Source: Prevotella sp.
Lineage (GTDB): Bacteria; Bacteroidota; Bacteroidia; Bacteroidales; Bacteroidaceae
Direction of reading: 5' to 3'
NCBI GenBank assembly: GCA_017934525.1
Contig: JAGBJJ010000031.1
Span: 14,184 to 78,183, forward strand
Length of the DNA stretch: 64,000 bases
This document shows, piece after piece, positions 10,160-19,155 of this stretch (positions are counted from its first letter, which is position 1; the number at the start of each line of letters is the position of its first letter). The notes under the pieces are model-generated. The model was given only the letters and a program-made list of their open reading frames with translations, made no database searches and was not told where the DNA came from. A program made the translations under genes and the position numbers.

Positions 10160-11635
10160 TTAAATATTGCGATGTACTTCGTGACCTTCTACAAAGATGG
10201 CCGAAAACGGCCTGACAGGACACAGATGCTCGCAGGCACCGCAGCCGATGCATGCTTCCTCATTGACGACAGGCACATAGGGTGACAGGTCGTCGTCGGG
10301 ATCAGAGGGCACCATTTCAATGGCTCCAGCAGGGCAATGGCGGGCGCAGTTGCCGCACTCGGTGTTGCCTTGAGCCGAAAGACAGTGGTCTAATGACACG
10401 ACAGCGTGACCTATCTGTATGGCTGTCTTCTCTTCTTTGTCTATCGGTTTGATGGCACCGGCAGGGCAGACCTCCGAGCAGCGGGTGCACTCCGGGCGAC
10501 AATAGCCACGCTCATAACTCATCACCGGCTGCATCAGATGAAGCAAGTCAGTAGAGGGACGCAGCACATCGTTGGGACACTCTGACACACAGAGCTGACA
10601 TCCCGTGCAGCGTGTCGCCATATTCTTGGCCGACAACGAGCCCGGAGGCGTCAGGGGCGTCTTGCGCTTTGGAGCGCGCTTGTCTTCCAACTCCGCCAGA
10701 CCGCCATCCACTTTTTTCTTCTCCTGCGCCAAAGCAGCTGTAGCTACCATGGCAGAGGCCACGAGGAATGAACGTTTTCCCGGGTCAGGGCGGCCGGTTC
10801 CTGTCGCCGACGACTTGCGGGGAAGAGAGTAGCTGAGGGCTCCGAACTTGCATTTGCTGATGCAATCGCCGCAGACCACACAGCGCGAATAGTCGACCGT
10901 GTGCGACTTAAAGTCGATGCAGGAGGCCTTACAGTTCTTCGTGCAGAGCGAACACGAGCGACACTTGTCGGTCTGAAACCTGACTTTCAGCAAAGAGAAA
11001 CGCGAGAAGAACGAAAGCAGCGTGCCCACAGGACATATGGTGTTGCAATAAGTACGCCCGCCACGCCATGCAAGCACCGCGAGCACCACGAGCGTAACTA
11101 CAGCAATAACAAGCACCGGCAGCGACTTCATCCATACGTCGACCGAATAAAAAGCATAGCTGTCTGCCCGTTCTGCCAGCATGGCAAGCACGTTATTGCC
11201 CAGTTTCCATAGCGGCTGGAAAATCATGGTTGCAATACGGCCGAAGGCACTGTAGGGAGCCAGCAGCTCAACCAGCGAGCCCACACCGGCTGCCAAGGCG
11301 ACGACGAAGACGCCAAGAACCGAATAGCGCAGCCAGGAGATGGCGCGTGAGAAGGTGTACCGGTTCTTTCGCTTCTTCTTGCCAAACCACGCAATGAGGT
11401 CCTGCATCACCCCCAGCGGACATATCACGGAGCAATAGATACGTCCGAAGACAAGCGTCAGCGCCGCCAAAGCCGCCACCACTATGAAGTTAAGGGCCAT
11501 GACGGCCGGCAAAAACTGCACCTTGGCCATCCATCCCAGCCAAACATGAAGCACACCCGTGAAATCGAGAAACAACAACGTGATTCCGATGAAGAACACG
11601 CTTGCCAACAGAATTCTTATTCTTCTAAGCATCAT
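10160..11635 (-). CDS. Membrane polyferredoxin (NapH/MauN-like N-terminus plus multiple 4Fe-4S motifs)
   Basis: TM helices with two CxxxCP motifs (YCSVICP, YCNTICP), then several CxxCxxCxxxC motifs. Confidence 0.85.
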   Translation of the reverse strand: MMLRRIRILLASVFFIGITLLFLDFTGVLHVWLGWMAKVQFLPAVMALNFIVVAALAALTLVFGRIYCSVICPLGVMQDLIAWFGKKKRKNRYTFSRAISWLRYSVLGVFVVALAAGVGSLVELLAPYSAFGRIATMIFQPLWKLGNNVLAMLAERADSYAFYSVDVWMKSLPVLVIAVVTLVVLAVLAWRGGRTYCNTICPVGTLLSFFSRFSLLKVRFQTDKCRSCSLCTKNCKASCIDFKSHTVDYSRCVVCGDCISKCKFGALSYSLPRKSSATGTGRPDPGKRSFLVASAMVATAALAQEKKKVDGGLAELEDKRAPKRKTPLTPPGSLSAKNMATRCTGCQLCVSECPNDVLRPSTDLLHLMQPVMSYERGYCRPECTRCSEVCPAGAIKPIDKEEKTAIQIGHAVVSLDHCLSAQGNTECGNCARHCPAGAIEMVPSDPDDDLSPYVPVVNEEACIGCGACEHLCPVRPFSAIFVEGHEVHRNI

Positions 11636-11660
11636 ACTTGATTATATCACTATTCTTAAA

Positions 11661-12398
11661 TTAAACTTTCACTACCAGCATGCTGCCTTCATAGAGCAGC
11701 CAAATGGGCAATGCCACAACCAAGAGCGTAAACACATCGGTTGTGGGGGTAATGACGGCCGCCACCACGAGGATAGCCACCAGGGCATGACGACGGTAAT
11801 AGCGCATCAGCCGCCTGTTGATGAACCCCATACGGCTTAAGATGGCGCAGACCACCGGAAGCTCGAACACCACGCCCATCACCAGATTCATTGAGATAAG
11901 CGTATCTACATAGCTCTGCAGGGTCAGCATATTGTCTACGTCGGGGCTCACCTGATAGGTGCCTAAGAAGCGCACCGTAAGCGGGAAGATGACGAAATAG
12001 CAGACCAGCGTGCCGACGGCAAACATGACATACGACGCCACCACCACCCTCACGGCGGCCTTACGTTCGCTCTGGTAAAGGCCAGGGGAGACAAAGCGCA
12101 TGAGTTGACACAGCACGTAGGGCAGGCCGAAAAGCAGGCCTGCATAGACGGCGACACGCATGTGGGTCATAAACTGCTCGGTCAGTCCCGTGTTCATCAG
12201 ATGCAGGCTGAAAGGTTCTGCGTGCATAAGACGGTAGACAAAGAAATCGCTCGAGCGGGGGGCCAGCACCACGGCAAACAAACTGTCTTTCAGGCAGAAC
12301 GCTACCACAGCGAGCACTAACACCACGCACAGCGACCGCAGAATGACGGCCCGCAACTCGTCGAGATGTTCCCAGAACGTGCCCTGTCCGTCAGTCAT
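11661..12398 (-). CDS. tatC: Twin-arginine translocase subunit TatC
   Basis: [33 protein letters not shown]. Confidence 0.93.
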   Translation of the reverse strand: MTDGQGTFWEHLDELRAVILRSLCVVLVLAVVAFCLKDSLFAVVLAPRSSDFFVYRLMHAEPFSLHLMNTGLTEQFMTHMRVAVYAGLLFGLPYVLCQLMRFVSPGLYQSERKAAVRVVVASYVMFAVGTLVCYFVIFPLTVRFLGTYQVSPDVDNMLTLQSYVDTLISMNLVMGVVFELPVVCAILSRMGFINRRLMRYYRRHALVAILVVAAVITPTTDVFTLLVVALPIWLLYEGSMLVVKV

Positions 12399-12585
12399 CG
12401 CCCTTCACCTCATCGTCAATATCCTTCATTCCCTCCTTGAAACTTTTCACGCCCTTGCCCAGGCCGCGCATCAGCTCGGGAATCTTCGATCCCCCGAAAA
12501 GCAGCAGCACTACCAAGGCTATGAGCAGCACTTCCTGGCCTCCAAGACCAAGGAGCAGCATTACATTCAGTTCTGTCATATTCAT
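12391..12585 (-). CDS. tatA: Twin-arginine translocase subunit TatA/E
   Basis: [37 protein letters not shown]. Confidence 0.93.
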   Translation of the reverse strand: MNMTELNVMLLLGLGGQEVLLIALVVLLLFGGSKIPELMRGLGKGVKSFKEGMKDIDDEVKGDD

Positions 12586-12631
12586 TTATTGTTTGGTATC
12601 TCTATTCAAAGTAATAACTATGTTTCTGTTG

Positions 12632-12639
12632 CAAAATTA
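12632..12639 (-). promoter_or_regulatory. -7 element (TAATTTTG) of the tatA-tatC-polyferredoxin-AKR operon
   Basis: Reverse complement of CAAAATTA matches TAnnTTTG, about 47 nt upstream of tatA. Confidence 0.5.
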
Positions 12640-12788
12640 CAAAAAATAATTGAATATAACAACACGAGCCTCGCTCTTTTGCAAAAAAAAGGCAATAAAA
12701 AGGACACAACAGATGGCTATCTGCTTTTTTTTTCGTAACTTTGCGCTCCGTAAACATACATATTGTAAACAAGAAAACATCAACAACT

Positions 12789-13655
12789 ATGAGTTTTTGG
12801 AAAGCCCTCTTCGGCGGTAACACTTCGCCTGAGGAAGAGAAGAAAAACAATGAGACACGCAACTTCGACCTGCTGAAATACGACGGCGTGAAAGCTCTGC
12901 GCATGGGCAAGGCCGACTATGCCGTGAAGTGCTTTCAAGAAGCCTTGAGAATAAGCGACGACCTGGAGACGCGCGACTATCTCTCGCAGGCTCTCATACA
13001 CACCGGGCAACTTGAAGAGGCCCTGCAGACGCTTGAGGAAATGCGACTGAGCGGACAGCCCAGCCGCGCACTGATGGCGCGCATGGGCCACATAGCCTAT
13101 ATGATGGAAGACTACGGCCGGCTGGCCGACATAGCCAACCAAGCCGCTGAGGCCGACGACAGCAACCCGCATGCCTACTATATGGCAGCCCAGGCAGCTC
13201 TGGGCACGGGCGACTATGCCACTGCCATAGACCGGCTCACTACGGCCGTGAAACTCGACGAGAGCCGTGCCGACGCACGGCTGCTCAGGGCGCAGACCTG
13301 CATGGCCACTGGCAATATTGACGATGCGCTGGCCGATGCTGAATGGCTGCTGGACAATACGGCCGACAACGAAGACGTGCTCCTGCTTGCTGCGCGTCTG
13401 GCCGTCAGTCAGAAACGCTACGACGATGCCCTCAATTATTACAATAATGTGACCGAAGCCAACCCCTTCAATGCCGATGCCTACCGCGAACGGGCCAAGC
13501 TGCGCACGGAAACGGGCGACCCGGCCGGGGCGCTGGAAGACATGGAGCATCTGCATGAGTTGATGCCCGACGAAACGCCGGCGAACGGAGAGCCGGAGAG
13601 CGTGGAGCAAATGATGAAGCGCGGCAACGACGCACTGAACCCTTTCGCGTCATAA
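12789..13655 (+). CDS. Tetratricopeptide repeat protein
   Basis: Repeated TPR-like A-rich helices; start moved to MSFWK at 12789, downstream of TAACTTTG (12736). Confidence 0.8.
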   Translation: MSFWKALFGGNTSPEEEKKNNETRNFDLLKYDGVKALRMGKADYAVKCFQEALRISDDLETRDYLSQALIHTGQLEEALQTLEEMRLSGQPSRALMARMGHIAYMMEDYGRLADIANQAAEADDSNPHAYYMAAQAALGTGDYATAIDRLTTAVKLDESRADARLLRAQTCMATGNIDDALADAEWLLDNTADNEDVLLLAARLAVSQKRYDDALNYYNNVTEANPFNADAYRERAKLRTETGDPAGALEDMEHLHELMPDETPANGEPESVEQMMKRGNDALNPFAS

Positions 13656-13693
13656 GCCGACGACTTTTCATGACAGCGATAACACTTTAAGAC

Positions 13694-14809
13694 ATGGAAC
13701 TACATCTCTCTCCGCTCCAGCTGCCCATATCCGACGGGCAACCCCTCATCATTGCGGGGCCATGTGCCGCCGAGACTGAAGAGCAGGTGCTCACCACAGC
13801 ACACCAGCTGGCCCACATGGGCGTCAGAATATTCAGGGCCGGCGCATGGAAGCCACGCACCAAACCCGGCGGATTTGAAGGACAAGGCGCACTGGCCCTG
13901 CCCTGGCTGCAACGTGTGAAGGCGGAGACGGGCATGCTCGTAGCCACCGAAGTGGCCACGCCTGAGCACGTGAAGCAAGCCCTCGAGCACCAAATCGACC
14001 TACTGTGGATAGGAGCGCGCACCACGGCCAACCCCTTTGCCATGCAGGCTTTGGCCGATGCCCTGAAAGATTTCCCAAGGCCGATTCTCGTGAAAAACCC
14101 CACAGCACCCGACCTCGAGCTGTGGATTGGCGCCCTGGAACGCCTCAACCAGGCAGGCATCACGCAGCTCGCCGCCATTCACCGAGGATTTGCCTCCTAC
14201 GAAGAGAAGATCTACCGCAACAAGCCCATGTGGCAGATTCCCATCGAGCTGCATCGCCGGCTGCCCGCACTGCCCATCATCTGCGACCCTTCTCACATTG
14301 CCGGACGGCGAGACCTGGTGGAGCCGCTCGCACAGCAAGCCATGGATCTGGGCTTCGACGGACTAATCATCGAGAGCCACTGCAACCCTCAGCAGGCTTG
14401 GAGCGATGCGGCACAACAGCTTACGCCTGAGTCGCTTAGACATCTGCTTGGCTCACTGACCATACGCGACGTGACGGCCTCGGCCGAAGACATCAGGCAG
14501 TTGCGCAACGAAATCGACGAACTCGACGACCAGCTGATGGACACGCTTGCACAGCGCATGAGCATCTGTCGCGAAATAGGTCGCTACAAACGCGAACACA
14601 ACATGACCGTGCTGCAGCCATCACGCTATAGTGACATGCTCTCGCTGAGACTGGCCGAAGGGGCGCAGTGCAAGCTGTCGGCACATTTCGTGGCTAAGAT
14701 GTTTGAGTGTATCCATGCAGAATCAGTGCGCCAGCAAATCGAAATATTCAGAGAATCCGACCGGCAGAGCAGCGATATAAGCCGCAGCAAGACTACCACC
14801 GACCAATGA
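13694..14809 (+). CDS. Bifunctional DAHP synthase (type I-beta) / chorismate mutase (AroQ)
   Basis: IAGPC, WKPRT, IGAR, HRG, DPSH and IESH motifs; C-terminal LRNEIDELD...IGRYK CM domain. Confidence 0.92.
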   Translation: MELHLSPLQLPISDGQPLIIAGPCAAETEEQVLTTAHQLAHMGVRIFRAGAWKPRTKPGGFEGQGALALPWLQRVKAETGMLVATEVATPEHVKQALEHQIDLLWIGARTTANPFAMQALADALKDFPRPILVKNPTAPDLELWIGALERLNQAGITQLAAIHRGFASYEEKIYRNKPMWQIPIELHRRLPALPIICDPSHIAGRRDLVEPLAQQAMDLGFDGLIIESHCNPQQAWSDAAQQLTPESLRHLLGSLTIRDVTASAEDIRQLRNEIDELDDQLMDTLAQRMSICREIGRYKREHNMTVLQPSRYSDMLSLRLAEGAQCKLSAHFVAKMFECIHAESVRQQIEIFRESDRQSSDISRSKTTTDQ

Positions 14810-14828
14810 AACAGCCAGAGAGCAACAT

Positions 14829-14891
14829 GATTTTGGCCAAAATTTAATCGATTTTGGCCAAAATCTGTTGAATTCCGGCCAAAATTTCCAC
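14829..14891. repeat. Three tandem 21-bp units, each with a (near-)palindromic ATTTTGGCCAAAAT core
   Basis: gattttggccaaaatttaatc / gattttggccaaaatctgttg / aattccggccaaaatttccac. Confidence 0.85.
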
Positions 14892-15115
14892 TCGGCGTGC
14901 CACCTTGCAGGGCGAACCTTTCCACCCTTGCAGCCTGAAAAGGCGCCGTCCACAACCCGATGCGTATGGCTGCGCACAAAATAATTCCACTCTTTTCTTC
15001 GTGTTTTCCAATATTTTTCTTACCTTTGCATCGGCATTGGGGAGCTCCCGGCGAGATTTTCACCGCCCCGCAAAGCCGCCAATGCCTGACATAAACTCCA
15101 AAAAACATTAGCGAT

Positions 15116-16075
15116 ATGATGAATATTGTAGTACTCGACGGCTATGCCGCCAACCCTGGCGACCTCTCGTGGGACGCCATGAAAGAACTGGGACAACTTA
15201 CGGTCTACGACCGCACACCTGCTGAAGAAGTAATCGCACGAAGTCAGGAGGCCGACATCGTGCTCACCAACAAAGTGGTGCTCACGGCCGACATTATCAG
15301 CAAGCTGCCGCACCTGAAATATATCGGAGTGCTGGCCACCGGCTACAACGTGGTTGACACCGAGGCAGCCCGACTGAAGGGCATCGTGGTCACCAACATT
15401 CCCTCTTACAGTTCCGATAGCGTGGCGCAACTCACGTTTGCCCACATTCTCAACATTTCAAACCGCGTGGCTCACTATGCTCAACTGAACCGGCAGGGTG
15501 TCTGGAGCAGCAACAAAGACTTCTGCTACTGGGACACTCCGCTCTTTGAACTCGCAGGCAAGACGCTCGGCATTGTGGGACTGGGAAGCATTGGCATGAA
15601 GGTGGCTAACATAGGACGCCAGCTGGGCATGGACATCTTCGCCATGACAAGCAAGAACTCAAGCGACCTGCCTCAGGGAATACAGAAGACGACGCTCGAC
15701 GGACTGCTGGCTGTCAGCGACGTGCTCACCCTGCATTGCCCTCTGACCCCGCAGACGCGCCATCTCATCAATCAGGAGACGCTCAGCCGGATGAAGCAAG
15801 GAGCCATTCTCATCAACACCGGCAGAGGACCGCTGGTAGACGAAGCCGCCGTGGCCCAGGCCTTGCAGTCGGGCCACCTGATGGCCTATGGAGCCGACGT
15901 CATGTCGCAAGAGCCTCCTGCAGCCGACAATCCCCTGCTCGCATGCCCTAATGCCTACCTGACGCCTCACATCGCATGGGCTACTTACGAGGCCCGCGTG
16001 CGCCTGATGCAGATTGCCACCGACAACGTCAAAGCCTTCATTGCCGGCAGTCCGGTAAACGTGGTAAACAAATAA
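15116..16075 (+). CDS. D-2-hydroxyacid dehydrogenase (glycerate dehydrogenase/HprA-like)
   Basis: GIVGLGSIG, LHCPL, INTGRG, DVMSQEP and TPHIAW. Confidence 0.9.
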   Translation: MMNIVVLDGYAANPGDLSWDAMKELGQLTVYDRTPAEEVIARSQEADIVLTNKVVLTADIISKLPHLKYIGVLATGYNVVDTEAARLKGIVVTNIPSYSSDSVAQLTFAHILNISNRVAHYAQLNRQGVWSSNKDFCYWDTPLFELAGKTLGIVGLGSIGMKVANIGRQLGMDIFAMTSKNSSDLPQGIQKTTLDGLLAVSDVLTLHCPLTPQTRHLINQETLSRMKQGAILINTGRGPLVDEAAVAQALQSGHLMAYGADVMSQEPPAADNPLLACPNAYLTPHIAWATYEARVRLMQIATDNVKAFIAGSPVNVVNK

Positions 16076-16096
16076 GCTGCTTGCGGCTGCAACACG

Positions 16097-16144
16097 CGGA
16101 AAGAGGGGCAGATGCTGCGCTTGCTGCATCTGCCCCTCTTTCCG
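16097..16144. terminator. 19-bp inverted repeat between convergent genes (bidirectional terminator)
   Basis: CGGAAAGAGGGGCAGATGC/GCATCTGCCCCTCTTTCCG. Confidence 0.7.
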
Positions 16145-16160
16145 TGTCAGCCTCCTTTCC

Positions 16161-17432
16161 TCAATCCTCAAATCTTTTTCCCCAATAGCTCACCATGCGC
16201 TGATATAGCTTTTCTTCGCTGGGGCTATGCTGACCGTGCCAGAAACGCTGGTCCTTGATGGCGTCCGGCAGATATTGCTGGGCCACAAAATGGCCGGGGA
16301 AGTCGTGAGGATACTTGTAGCCGTCGCTGTAGCCGAGGTTTTTCATCAGCTGCGTCGGGGCATTTCTTATATGAAGAGGTACGGGGAGATTCCCCGTCTG
16401 CCTGACCAGACTAAGGGCTGCGTCGATGCCAAGGTAGGCAGAGTTGCTCTTTGGCGACGTGGCCAAATAGACGACGGTCTCCGCCAGCGCAATGCGTGCC
16501 TCAGGCCAACCTATCTTCATCACCGTGTCGAAGGCGGCATTGGCCAGCAACAATGCGTTGGGATTGGCCAGCCCAATGTCTTCTGAGGCCGAAATCACCA
16601 TTCTGCGAGCTATGAACTGCGGGTCTTCACCGCCTTCTATCATACGCGCCATCCAATAGAGGGCAGCATCAGGGTCACTGCCTCGGATGCTCTTGATAAA
16701 GGCAGAGATGATGTCGTAGTGCATCTCGCCGTCCTTGTCGTAGGCCAGCGGGTTCTGCTGCAGGCGCGCCACAACCAGCTCGTCGGTGATAACCACATCG
16801 CCGCTCTCCGACTCTACCACCAGCTCAAGTATGTTGAGCAGCTTGCGCGCATCACCGCCGCTAAAGCGCATCAATGCGCCCGTCTCCTTCAGCTCTATGT
16901 GCCGCTCACGCAGCTCCACATCGGTTGTGATGGCCCTATGCAGCAGCTTCATCAGGTCATCAGCCTCCAAGGGCTTCAGCACATAAAGCTGGCAGCGCGA
17001 CAGCAGCGGACGAATCACCTCAAACGAGGGGTTCTCCGTCGTGGCACCTATCAGCGTGACGATGCCACGCTCCACGGCGCCGAGCAAGGAGTCTTGCTGC
17101 GACTTCGAGAAACGGTGTATCTCGTCAATGAACAAGATGGGCGACGCCTCGTTGAAAAAGCGCCCTTTCTGGGCTTTCTCAATGACATCACGCACGTCTT
17201 TCACGCCACTGGTCACTGCAGAGAGCGTGTAGAAGGGAATCTCCAGTTTGCTGGCAATGATGTGGGCCAGCGTCGTTTTACCCACCCCCGGCGGCCCCCA
17301 GAGAATGAATGACGATATGCGGCCCGAATCAATCATGCGTCTCAGTACAGCACCCTCGCCGACCAGATGCTGCTGGCCTATGTAGTCGTCGAGTGTGTGC
17401 GGGCGCAGTCTTTCTGCTAATGGTTGCGACAT
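16161..17432 (-). CDS. rarA: Replication-associated recombination protein A (RarA/MgsA AAA+ ATPase)
   Basis: PLAERLRP, GPPGVGKTT, IDEIHRF, ATTENP and SAFIKSIRGSDPDAA; start at MSQPL. Confidence 0.93.
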   Translation of the reverse strand: MSQPLAERLRPHTLDDYIGQQHLVGEGAVLRRMIDSGRISSFILWGPPGVGKTTLAHIIASKLEIPFYTLSAVTSGVKDVRDVIEKAQKGRFFNEASPILFIDEIHRFSKSQQDSLLGAVERGIVTLIGATTENPSFEVIRPLLSRCQLYVLKPLEADDLMKLLHRAITTDVELRERHIELKETGALMRFSGGDARKLLNILELVVESESGDVVITDELVVARLQQNPLAYDKDGEMHYDIISAFIKSIRGSDPDAALYWMARMIEGGEDPQFIARRMVISASEDIGLANPNALLLANAAFDTVMKIGWPEARIALAETVVYLATSPKSNSAYLGIDAALSLVRQTGNLPVPLHIRNAPTQLMKNLGYSDGYKYPHDFPGHFVAQQYLPDAIKDQRFWHGQHSPSEEKLYQRMVSYWGKRFED

Positions 17433-17573
17433 ATTTGGATAATATTCATTTTTATCTGGCAAAGATAATGAAAAAAAAGCGGAAATTTGCGACAAAGCGA
17501 AAAAAATTAAGCGTTATCCACTAAGAATTAAGCATTATTTCGTATCTTTGCACACAAAATAAAGCATAACAAT

Positions 17574-18380
17574 ATGGAACAAGAGACAGAAAAGAAAACA
17601 TTGACACTGAAGACCCTCACCAAGAGTACGGTGTGGGATGTGCAGGAAAATGACATTTTCCGCATGTGGGATGCTGCCGACAAAGACGCAGAGATGAAAG
17701 AAAACATGCGCCACTATATCGACATCATCCGGTCGGCCTTCATGATTGAAGAGGTGACCACCGACTCGCAGATTGCACGCACGAAATATGAGAAGCAAGG
17801 CTACAAGGTAGGAACTGTAAAGATTGACGAGAACCAAAAGATGACGCTGGCCATCAAGAAGCGCCCCATCATGCGGGTGACCGATCTTACCTATGAGAAT
17901 ATTCGCCATATCTCGGCAGCAAAACTCATAGAAGTGCTTGACAGAAACTTCGGCGGCGGATGGGATTCGCTCTCACAGTCGATAAAAGATATCATCGAGA
18001 ACGGCTTCGACATCTCAACTACCACGCTTCCCAAAGACCGTCTGCACAAAAAGGGCGGTATGTATGAGAAGAAGGTGGAAGACGGCTATGAGGTGCTCGA
18101 GGTGGCCAAAGGCACATGGGTGGAGGCTATCTTTGCCAAGGCTAAGCCTGAGGCTGAGAAGCCAAGAATGAAGTTCAACACCTACGGCGGCAACAACGAG
18201 GACAACGACGAGGATGTTGAAATCGAAGACAACTACTACAAGCAGGACGAGGAGGACATCGAGATAGACGGGCCGAACGACGACGAAATCACCGAGGACA
18301 ACTACTCGACCATGATGGACTTGGGCAGCGACGATCCCGATGAGGAGGCCGAGAACCTGTCAGAATATGCTGATGAGTAG
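17574..18380 (+). CDS. Conserved hypothetical protein with internal duplication and long acidic C-terminal tail
   Basis: Clean ORF after TATCTTTG; D/E-rich last ~65 aa; own terminator. Confidence 0.8.
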   Translation: MEQETEKKTLTLKTLTKSTVWDVQENDIFRMWDAADKDAEMKENMRHYIDIIRSAFMIEEVTTDSQIARTKYEKQGYKVGTVKIDENQKMTLAIKKRPIMRVTDLTYENIRHISAAKLIEVLDRNFGGGWDSLSQSIKDIIENGFDISTTTLPKDRLHKKGGMYEKKVEDGYEVLEVAKGTWVEAIFAKAKPEAEKPRMKFNTYGGNNEDNDEDVEIEDNYYKQDEEDIEIDGPNDDEITEDNYSTMMDLGSDDPDEEAENLSEYADE

Positions 18381-18384
18381 CATC

Positions 18385-18432
18385 ACTTTACGTTGCGAGG
18401 CGACCTGCACAGGCCGCCTCGCAACGTAAAGT
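18385..18432. terminator. 18-bp inverted repeat (bidirectional terminator)
   Basis: ACTTTACGTTGCGAGGCG/CGCCTCGCAACGTAAAGT. Confidence 0.7.
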
Positions 18433-18527
18433 TTGCCGAATGGCGAGCATTAATTATTCTGTTGAATAATAAGCCGCAGTGTCAGCTGCCATTTCCAGAA
18501 GGACAATGTCTTTCGGGCAATTTGTTT

Positions 18528-19109
18528 TTAGAAGGCAGCCAGTTCTGTGTATATTCTTTGCACCGGCAGTCCCATGACGTTGAAATAGCTCCCATTGAGC
18601 CCCGTCACGCCAATATAGCCAATCCACTCCTGAATGCCGTAGGCTCCAGCCTTGTCGAAGGGACGATAAGTCTCAATGTAATAGGATATTTCTTCGTCAG
18701 ACAGCTGTTTGAACGTGACGTCAGTCGACACGGAAAAGTGGCGCTGCTGCTCAAATGTGGTGAGACATACTCCCGTGACTACCTGGTGTGTGCGACCGCT
18801 CAACATGCGCAACATGCGGTGAGCATCCGCCGCATCAACGGGCTTTCCCAACGCCTGCCCCCCCACAACGACTACTGTGTCGGCCGTAATAATCAGGTTA
18901 TCGGCCAGCATCACCCTTCTGTAGGCATCAGCTTTCTTGCGCGCAATATATTCGGCTATGTCCTCGGCGGGGATGCCGTCGGGGTAGTCTTCGTTGATAA
19001 ACGGCAGCACTTTCACGTCGAAGTCGAAGCCGAGCCCCGACAACAACTGCTTGCGGCGTGGAGAATTGCTTGCCAAAATGATGTGATAGTTTTTCAGATT
19101 GTCTAACAT
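18528..19109 (-). CDS. maf: Maf-like nucleotide pyrophosphatase
   Basis: ILASNSPRR, ADTVV, DKAGAYGIQ and NVMGLP. Confidence 0.92.
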   Translation of the reverse strand: MLDNLKNYHIILASNSPRRKQLLSGLGFDFDVKVLPFINEDYPDGIPAEDIAEYIARKKADAYRRVMLADNLIITADTVVVVGGQALGKPVDAADAHRMLRMLSGRTHQVVTGVCLTTFEQQRHFSVSTDVTFKQLSDEEISYYIETYRPFDKAGAYGIQEWIGYIGVTGLNGSYFNVMGLPVQRIYTELAAF

Positions 19110-19155
19110 AACAGGAGTCTCCTTATCTCTTCAGTTCCTTATTTCCTTTTCGTTT

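Noticed and set aside
14829-14891. Possible mini-CRISPR array
   Set aside because: Period is 21 bp with only ~7-nt variable parts and there are no cas genes; kept as a palindrome array instead
14626-15108. Minus-strand ORF with NFGRN/DFGQN/NFGQN repeats
   Set aside because: Translation of the 21-bp DNA repeat; overlaps the DAHP synthase 3' end and the next promoter
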